From NCBI RefSeq assembly GCF_001194135.2, contig NC_069002.1, positions 33,178,388 through 33,239,659 on the forward strand: a DNA stretch of 61,272 nt, written 5' to 3'. Positions 51,867 to 61,272 of the stretch are shown one piece after another. The number at the start of each line of letters is the position of its first letter. Position 1 is the stretch's first letter. A program made the position numbers and the translations under genes. Below the pieces are notes generated by a model. The model saw nothing but the letters and a program-made list of their open reading frames with translations. It was not told the DNA's origin and made no database searches. The stretch is from Octopus bimaculoides. Its lineage: Eukaryota.

Positions 51867-52074
51867 ATCTATCTATCTATCTCTCTATCTAGCTTCCTAC
51901 CCATCTACCTCTGTCTGTTTCTCAGTATGTTTACCTGTCTAGCCACTACCCGTCTCTCTGTCTGACTATCTATCTATTAATACATACAATGCTTTCTCTC
52001 TCTCTCCCTCTCACACACATACATTCTCTCTTTCTATCTCTCTCTATATACATATCCACTAATGTACACGCACG

Positions 52075-52139
<65 letters not shown>

Positions 52140-52809
52140 TTCTTCCGCAACAGATTGGTACATAGATATGCATCAATCTATTCGTATATTTCTCTATATA
52201 TGCATGTATTTGTATGTACGAATATATCTATGTATGAACATATATAATAAACATACACACAAAAACACAATATATCTGTGATGTTTATTATATTAGTGTA
52301 TATGGGTGTATGTATGTGCGTGTTCACACTCAAGTGTCTAAGTGCACATGAAATATAAACGAGCAGAGAAACTTAGATTTTAGATTTTACATATGATTGG
52401 TTATTTAATTTTTCTGACTGATTTTTGAAGGGTATACATAATGACAATTTGTATAATTACGTCATTAATATACATATGTAATTATTTTAAATTGCACGAC
52501 ACAACACGTGATCAGATTTTTGCAGATTGTGTATATATGTACAAAGGACTGAGTTTGTGCGTATGGAAGTAACTTTATGTGGGTACTGACACATTTCATG
52601 CTTTACTATATATCTCGAAACGATCGTTGTGAGGAATAAAGTTTGTGTATATGTATATGCATGCGTCCCTGTGCGCGTGTATATATGTATAAGTATATAC
52701 ACACAAACTCACATGGACACACAAACATATATNNNNNNNNNNNNNNNNNNNNNNNNNNNNNNNNNNNNNNNNNNNNNNNNNNNNNNNNNNNNNTATATAT
52801 ATATGTATG

Positions 52810-52846
<37 letters not shown>

Positions 52847-52852
52847 ATATAC

Positions 52853-52887
<35 letters not shown>

Positions 52888-53540
52888 TAGAAAGAGAGAG
52901 AGAGAGAGAGAAAGACAGAAAGAGAGAGAAATTAGTCCATAGTAGAATAGCAGCGCCAGCTCAACGCGTCACAAAATGTGACTGGATCCGAAGCTACATT
53001 GATGCAAATCGAAATCTTGTCCACAGAGCAATGTCGCTCTAATAGAGTAGAAATTCCAAAAATATCCTGTGAGGTGAGGAGAGGAACGGCAGGGGAAAGG
53101 GGAACATGAACAGCAAAACACACACGCATATATACACACACATACATACTCATGCACGCAGCCACACATGAAATATGAATTAATAAATCCTGGCAGATAT
53201 GTAGTTCGGTTATATCCGTTCGATTTCAATTCAAGTTGTTATGGGTTACCTTGATAACATTTTATTCGTGTGGATTTCGGATATATTAAATTGGTTGGTA
53301 TTCCATAACTTTTTCTATATCAAAGAAAATACGCTGATGGAATAGAAGCTATCGTTGGTCTTGTATGGTCTCAAAGCCAAATAAAGATGTGATTTTCTGC
53401 ATTCTGTTGTACATACACTCACACACATACACAGACAGGCAGATAGACACCGACAGACAGACATACAGACACACACATACGCACACACACACACACACAC
53501 GCACACACACACACACACAGACAGACACACACACATACAT

Positions 53541-53695
53541 TCTCTGTCTATTTATTTCCTCGTGTTCCTTTCTGTTGAAGAGCGTATGCTCGAAACGTAA
53601 AAGACTTCCTCACCTTCCCGAGCCTCAAACTACTAACCTGCTTGTTGTTTATACACTTGTCTTCGTCTTTTCTTTTTCTGTAAATTTCAACTATA
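53541..53695 (+). mobile_element. Penelope-type terminal repeat containing a hammerhead-like core (53568-53603)
   Basis: cttt-CTGTTGA-a-GAGC-gtat-GCTC-GAAAcgTA-aaag. Perfect 4-bp stem II and 4-bp stem I; the core has T where A6 is expected. Confidence 0.55.
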
Positions 53696-54119
53696 TATAT
53701 ATATATGTTATGAGGTTTTTAACTTTTAAATTTTCATATTCAAAGGAGACAGAGACTTCAAACTCGATATATCCATTTATTCACCACTCTATGTNNNNNN
53801 NNNNNNNNNNNNNNNNNNNNNNNNNNNNNNNNNNNNNNNNNNNNNNNNNNNNNNNNNNNNNNNNNNNNNNNNNNNNNNNNNNNNNNNNNNNNNNNNNNNN
53901 NNCATACATAGATGCATACATTCATATATAGATACATACATACATACATACATACATACATACACATATATATGCGTGTGTGGGTCTGTGTGTATGCATG
54001 TATTTATGTATATATAAAAATATCGAAAACATACATGCTATATGTGTTACCAATTCGTGGACAGACTGCGAGTTATCGGTGTTAAAGAACCTACGAGTTG
54101 TACATAAGCGAGGTAACTC

Positions 54120-54258
54120 GCACCAGGTCCTGTTTCAGGAAGGAAAGAGATTATGAGAGGCAAGGTCGACCTCGAGAAAATTTGAGCTCAGGACCTCAAG
54201 ACTGACGAAATGCTGCCAAGATTTTGCCCTGAGTGCTAATGATTCTGCCGGCTCACGT
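54120..54258 (-). mobile_element. Degenerate SINE family B copy
   Basis: caaggtcgacctcg..atttgagctcag..gacgaaatgctgc..gtgctaatgattctgcc is the reverse complement of family B. Confidence 0.65.
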
Positions 54259-56171
54259 GTTTACGTTGCTTTACATATTGAATTCAAACTGCGCTCATCC
54301 CTTCCGAGTTGAGAAACAGTTACTGGTCAAAGACTGACATCGATTCAATTAATTAACTCAAACTTCACCAAGAACCTTCTGCCGCATTATCCCTGATATA
54401 AAACTTTGTTATTACAAGGGCGACAGATAGATGAGTGCATTACAAGAATTAAATTAAAAATATAAAAAAACATTAAAAATATCTGGGAGTCGGTTAATTA
54501 ATACAACAAAAATAACAATAATCATAGCATTATAATGTAACAAAGCCAAACAAAAAAATAAAACAATTGAATAGAACATTAATAATGAATAGGGAAAGGG
54601 AAAGAAATATGCTTGTTGTATTGGTTCCTTTTTTTTATCATAATTTCCATAAATTGTTGTTAGTGTGAAATTAATTTTCTCTCTATTGTAAATTGAAAAT
54701 TATAAACAGAAATTCAAAATTATAAACAGAAAAAACACTTCTTTCTCATGTTAAAAGAAAATAATTTCGATTTTGAATTTCAAATTTTAGGGGTTGCAGT
54801 TATTTCCTTCTTATTCTTCTTCTTGCTAGTATTGTTATCATTTTCTTCCTTTCTTTTTAGCAGTTTATTTTTTTATTGTTTATTTTGTGATTTATTTAGA
54901 ACAATTTTTCTCTATTCCGCCTAGAATAATATTACCATATTTCATTTTTAAATAATCATTTTGAATTGAAAGTAGCCTGTTGCCTTGTACTTAGGCTGTT
55001 TCCCAGCGTTTGCAGTATTTTCCTTGATAAACGCCTTGCCTAACGTGATCAACCCTTCTTATATATTTGTTCTGATTTACTATACCAGGGACAAGTTTGA
55101 TCAATGTTCTCTTCATTTAAGGCAGAGATTCTCAAATGTGAAGTTCTTGGCGCAAACATTTCGATCATGTGCCGACATGTTCGCAGTGCATGAATTCATC
55201 TACATGATCTACAACAACGCGCAGCCACACGTTCGTGGCTAGCTACCAGCTGACGCCGTTTTCTTGATTGTACGGAAATGGTGCATTCTGCTTTTAAAGC
55301 GGTTGTCAAGCAGGACCTCGTTCGAGCTGAGTTGCATCAAAGGACTGGCGAGCCGGCAGATACAGAAGAAGCAGGCATGACCATGGAAGAATGGCGAGCA
55401 CATGTCAGGTGACCTGTTGGTCGCAAGGCGTAACATTGACGCTATCATTCCAGAAAATTGTGTTCCTTTGTATAGATACATTCAGACCTACCTCTCGTGA
55501 TGTGTCGTCCACCAGGAAAAAGACGGCTAAATCCTCTCAAACGAACTCTAGTTATCAAAACTGTGAATCATTAATTATCTTAATGTACATAGCATATTTT
55601 CCCTGATGGAAGAAAAATGCAAAATCAAAGAAATATATTCTTTTCCCAGCAAGACATATTATGCAATGGAAGAACATGTTACAACATAATGTATTCAAAA
55701 TCAAAGAAAATGAGCATTTGTTGTAATTGTGAGAATCTTGAAAAATACTTAAAAGACTGGAATGTGATGTCATGAATTCTTTAACAAAAAATACATGTAC
55801 CTATGCAAAATAAAAGAATACATAGAAAAGCATGGGAACAATAGAGTGGTTAAAGCATAAACAATGGATGAAAACATATGATTATGATAACAATGATCAT
55901 GAGAAAAAACCAAAACAGTTTTCGTGCTAATTTGATTGCTCGAAGTGTCAAATAGATTGCTTCGAAACGGGCATTTTAATTTGAATGATGTAAATGCCAG
56001 ATTCTTTGACCAAAGTGCGAAATTGAATGATCGATAAACGAATTTAAGTGACTAACTTCATGGCACTAATTTTTTTCGTGACTTTTAATGACCCGATTAT
56101 CAAATTGAATAACAAATGTACCAAAATGACTGCAAAAACCAATAATAGAAAGGATTAATAATTTGAGAGTA

Positions 56172-56375
56172 TAGTCGGTGAGATGGCAGAATCGTTAGCA
56201 AGTTGGTCAAACGCTTAGTAGTATTTTGTTTTCGTTCTGCGGTCAATTTCCTACGAAGGCGAATTTTACTCATCTTTTTGTTTTTCGATGTCAATAAAAC
56301 AAGTACCAGTTGAGTACATTGTCTCGATGTTATCGACTAGCCCCTCAGCCAAAATTTCCGACGTTTGGCTACAGT
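56172..56375 (+). mobile_element. Degenerate SINE family B copy
   Basis: ggtgagatggcagaatcgttagca..aagtaccagttgagtac..atcgactagcccct..aaaatttc. Confidence 0.7.
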
Positions 56376-56606
56376 AAAATGAATGATTTATTTAGGAATC
56401 TGGTACAGATTAATTTCATTACTATTTCTGATCATTGCCAGTGTATCACCGGCGGTTATGGGGGAACTGTTATTGTGTCGTTGCAATGTTTCGAAATATA
56501 ATGTGTGCATGATGTGCCTGCGTTTTTTAAAAATTTATTATGAATAATATATCGATATAATATATGTGTAGTAACTCAATGTGGCGTATATATATGATTA
56601 TGTATG

Positions 56607-56768
56607 AACGAGGGCGGACTGAGAAGTTCATGGCCTGATTATTAAGGAGTGATGAGCGCTGTCAAATCTTCTATTCACACATTTCAATTCTACATATCAA
56701 TACGTGCTTTGCTTTCTTCCAAGTAAACTGATATCTGACTGTACAGAGGAGACTTCTAAAGTAACTAG
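56607..56768 (+). mobile_element. Probable mariner 5' end (TIR and leader), truncated at a microsatellite
   Basis: acgagggcggactgagaagttc fits the (TA)CGAGGG..TGAAAAGTT mariner TIR pattern. No transposase sequence is retained; support is pattern recall only. Confidence 0.45.
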
Positions 56769-56930
56769 TATGTATATATGTATGTACGTATGTATGTATA
56801 CGTATACATACATATGTATTTACGTATGTATGTATACGTATACGTGCAGATTTGTATGTTTTCTTTTCTGTATGCATGTATACTTGTACGTATGTATACA
56901 TACATAGTAAATACACACACACACACACAT

Positions 56931-57021
<91 letters not shown>

Positions 57022-57223
57022 NNNNNNNNNNNNNNNNNNNNNNNNNNNNNNNNNNNNNNNNNNNNNNNNNNNNNNNNNNNNNNNNNNNNNNNNNNNNNNN
57101 NNNNNNNNNNNNNNNNNNNNNNNNNNNNNNNNNNNNNNNNNNNNNNNNNNNNNNNNNNNNNNNNNNNNNNNNNNNNNNNNNNNNNNNNNNNNNNNNNNNN
57201 NNNNNNNNNNNNNNNNNNNNNNN

Positions 57224-57274
<51 letters not shown>

Positions 57275-58047
57275 TCTTTTAGCTGAGCTTGTAGAATTTT
57301 TTCGATCCAAAAGAGTTCTGTAAATATAACATATTTCTGAATGATTATTTAAAAAAATTAAGTAAATACCAGTAAAATCAAAACACTCAGGGTATTCACG
57401 ACTGAACCGCCTTCGCTCCGAGGTCTATAGCACTAATCAAGAGTAACTGGGGAGTATACACGAATAAAATAATAAGTAAACAGCGTTTGAGATCTAATCT
57501 AATGTTCCACAATAAATTCAGATTTGAACTGAAACTTCTAAAGATGTACATCTGAAAGAAGTAAAAACTTTCAATTTTGGGGGAAAAAAATAAGCAGTTA
57601 ATATAATAATGAGCCCACGCTGCACACAGAAAAATGAACTTACATTTATGCTAGTATGACGAAAGAAATTGATGAAAGAGTGAATATCTGTGAATGTATT
57701 TTTATGAATAAGTGCGCTTGTATTTGTGTCAGGAGTTATATTTAGTTTTACACTCAATTAATGCAGTGGATTTTTACTAGGAAACACAAAAAAGAAACTG
57801 ATGTTCATAAGGTTACAGGCGGTGTCAAATGTATTCTAGATCGCATAAACAGTTGGCCTAGCATTATTTGCAATGAAACGAGCGAGTAATGTAACTGAGG
57901 TCTGTAATAAAACTCAGATGCGTAATAAAATAGTCTATTAGGAATGAATAAAAGGAAAAAAAAACTACGGAGGAAATATAGAGATTTAGGGTGGGTTAAT
58001 CTGAACAGATGTGATGAATAATTTGTAAAGTTGTGCAGTGTAAACAT

Positions 58048-58080
<33 letters not shown>

Positions 58081-58823
58081 NNNNNNNNNNNNNNNNNNNN
58101 NNNNNNNNNNNNNNNNNNNNNNNNNNNNNNNNNNNNNNNNNNNNNNNNNNNNNNNNNNNNNNNNNNNNNNNNNNNNNNNNNNNNNNNNNNNNNNNNNNNN
58201 NNNNNNNNNNNNNNNNNNNNNNNNNNNNNNNNNNNNNNNNNNNNNNNNNNNNNNNNNNNNNNNNNNNNNNNNNNNNNNNNNNNNNNNNNNNNNNNNNNNN
58301 NNNNNNNNNNNNNNNNNNNNNNNNNNNNNNNNNNNNNNNNNNNNNNNNNNNNNNNNNNNNNNNNNNNNNNNNNNNNNNNNNNNNNNNNNNNNNNNNNNNN
58401 NNNNNNNNNNNNNNNNNNNNNNNNNNNNNNNNNNNNNNNNNNNNNNNNNNNNNNNNNNNNNNNNNNNNNNNNNNNNNNNNNNNNNNNNNNNNNNNNNNNN
58501 NNNNNNNNNNNNNNNNNNNNNNNNNNNNNNNNNNNNNNNNNNNNNNNNNNNNNNNNNNNNNNNNNNNNNNNNNNNNNNNNNNNNNNNNNNNNNNNNNNNN
58601 NNNNNNNNNNNNNNNNNNNNNNNNNNNNNNNNNNNNNNNNNNNNNNNNNNNNNNNNNNNNNNNNNNNNNNNNNNNNNNNNNNNNNNNNNNNNNNNNNNNN
58701 NNNNNNNNNNNNNNNNNNNNNNNNNNNNNNNNNNNNNNNNNNNNNNNNNNNNNNNNNNNNNNNNNNNNNNNNNNNNNNNNNNNNNNNNNNNNNNNNNNNN
58801 NNNNNNNNNNNNNNNNNNNNNNN

Positions 58824-58858
<35 letters not shown>

Positions 58859-59324
58859 TATATTGACATCTACAGCAGTAATATACAACAGAAGCATACT
58901 TTAAATAGTATAACTTTTCCCTATAAAAATAAACTGCATCCATATTTTTTTTTCTAAAGTGATCATTCAAAAAAGATATTCACATTCTCTCTGTTCTATA
59001 ATGGTAATTTACGATGCATCTCTGTAGAAACGCATAAATAACAAATCGTTTTTCATCCTAACATTCCGTCCGCTGCTATTTGCAATAAATTCCTTATGAT
59101 GATGACAGCACAGCAGAATCGAGGATCATTTCCATTTGTTCTACTTTTCACCATTTCCTTTGAAAAAGAACTTTGAAAATGTACTGTAATTTGTACAGAT
59201 ATTATTACAGCGTCTCTTATCTAAGTACCTCTTGTTGTTTTCTCAGTGTAGGTGGCAGAGATGAAGTAATACTGGAACGAAGGTTTCAACGTCTAGTTTA
59301 TTTCGTTGCGAAGCTTGGAAAGAC

Positions 59325-59632
59325 AAAGTTGAAATTTCGCACCAAATATCAGGATTCGGTTGCTGAGTATCTCGACAAAGGGCAGCTGGCATCCGCATTC
59401 CGTAATAACAGCAGTTGGTACTACATTATCTACTTTGAAAGGTGGAATTATAATCCAAGCAAGCGTATAAATCCATCCTTAGAAATAATCACAACTAAAT
59501 CCAGTTCAACTTAGTTGCTGTAGTTGACAAGAGGCCGTAGGAGCAAACGTTCTCCAGGCGAAGGTCGTTTTACCCATCACTACTCTACTCAGTCAAAGCA
59601 TACTGTAGGAGATAGGGAAACCAAAAGAATTA
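59325..59632 (+). mobile_element. Second, more decayed R4/Dong-like 3' end followed by (TAA)n
   Basis: TKYQDSVAE (compare KYxDLxxE), then frameshifted att-cc-gtaataa..gcagttggtact (IPVIIGAVGT-like) and PSLEII, a short UTR and (TAA)n at about 59633-59693. This accounts for most of the 59173-59514 ORF. Confidence 0.5.
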
Positions 59633-59694
<62 letters not shown>

Positions 59695-60050
59695 CCAGTT
59701 GAACACTGCGTTGATGTTATCGATTTAGAATATTCCCTAAATTGCTGGCATTTTGCCAAAATTTGAAACGAATATGACGGAAGACATCTTGAATTTATAT
59801 GTACATACGCCCCAGTGTGTGTGTGTGTGCGTGTGTGTGCGTGCGTGTGTGTGTGTGCGCGCGCGCGAGTTGGCCAGGTGAACAAATGCACATTTATACA
59901 TTCATACGGACCTGTAGGTGTGTATGAATCCACCATATCTAAATTGATTGATAGATAACGCGTACACACAAAGACATGCACGCATGGATACATACATACA
60001 TACATACATACATACATACATGCCTGAATACATATACATACATACATATA

Positions 60051-60440
60051 GGCGCAGGCGTTGCTATGTGGTAAGAAGGTTGCTTCCCAACCATATGGTT
60101 CCGGGTTCAGTCCCACTGCGTGGCACTTTGCGCAAGTAAATTCTGCTATAGCCTCGGCCCCACCAAAGCCTTGTGAGTCGATTTGGTAGATGGAAACAGA
60201 AAGAATACCGTCGTATAGATGTATATAAATGTATGTTTGTGTGTCTGTGTTTGTCCTGCCACCATCGCTTGACAACCGATGTCGGGTTTACGTTTCCGTT
60301 ATCTAGCGGTTCGTTCAAAGAAACAGATAGAATAAATGCTAGGCGTACAAAGAATAAGATCCCGGGGTCGGTATATTCGCCTAAAGGCGATGATCCAGCA
60401 TAGCCCCAGTCACATGACTGAAACAAGTAAAAGAGTAAAA
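60051..60440 (+). mobile_element. Full-length SINE family A, diverged
   Basis: Colinear with 10450-10868 from ggcgcagg to tgactgaaacaagtaaaagagtaaaa. Confidence 0.85.
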
Positions 60441-60861
60441 CAATACATACATATATGTGTGTATGTGTGTGTGTGTGGGTGTGTTGGTGCGTATTTATAT
60501 ACCCTCAAACACATCGATATAGCGATTTCACCAAGTGCATCTCGTTGGTCGTAAATAAAATTGAATATCTGTCAATAACAGATTGACCTGGTCTGTATCA
60601 AGGAGAGAGAGATGAAGAGTGATAAGAAATAGGAGAAAGAGAGGCGAGTAAGTAATAGTCAGAGAGAGAAGGGGGTGAGGCAGACGAGGACTGTGAGGGA
60701 GGAATGAGAAGTGAACGTTTATAACCTGGCGATATTTTCGTTCTACATAACTGGATGCTTGGTTTTGATGTTGAAGTTTGAACGAAAGCTGTTGAAATCT
60801 ATAGGTGGTGGAGAAATATGAATACGTAATATATNNNNNNNNNNNNNNNNNNNNNNNNNNN

Positions 60862-60904
<43 letters not shown>

Positions 60905-60967
60905 GTATATATACATATATATATAGGTATATATGTATATGTATATATATATGTATATGTATATATG

Positions 60968-60998
<31 letters not shown>

Positions 60999-61272
60999 CA
61001 TACATATTTATGTACAGAGTCACACACGCGCAAAAACACAGACACAAACACACTCACACGCCCAGACACACACGCAGGTACGTATGAATGCAGACGTACA
61101 CATATCTATAATTTGATTAGTAATCAAGCAAATCATTTTAATGGTTTGTTATGGCTCCAATTACAAATTACTCTAAAAACAACCATACATACATACGCAC
61201 TAACATACCCACACACACACACACAGGGATATACAAAAATATATACGTATATATATATATATATATATATAT

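Noticed and set aside
59173-59514. 113-aa ORF as a host gene
   Set aside because: Its 3' part is better explained as decayed R4/Dong endonuclease sequence ending in a (TAA)n tail.

Overview
AT-rich eukaryotic DNA from a gappy draft assembly. It has about two dozen N-gaps, most of them bounded by microsatellites, usually (TA)n. The density of di-, tri- and tetranucleotide microsatellites and the tRNA-derived SINE families point to an octopus genome; this is an inference from recalled repeat consensus, not a database search. No complete protein-coding gene could be established. Almost all ORFs in the supplied track are microsatellite or gap artefacts, and the only recognisable protein homology is to dead transposons: a mariner transposase, a YRDD-type Penelope-like reverse transcriptase, and two R4/Dong-like endonuclease 3' ends. 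The window looks intronic or intergenic, with a few isolated exon-like segments. The most interesting signals are four minimal type I hammerhead-ribozyme-like motifs (best at 990-1032), a perfect 38-bp inverted repeat (28206-28316), a piggyBac-type MITE, a short non-autonomous Helitron, and a Dong-like insertion with a possible 13-bp target-site duplication (TSD) enclosing its microsatellite tail. TE boundaries are approximate unless termini are quoted.
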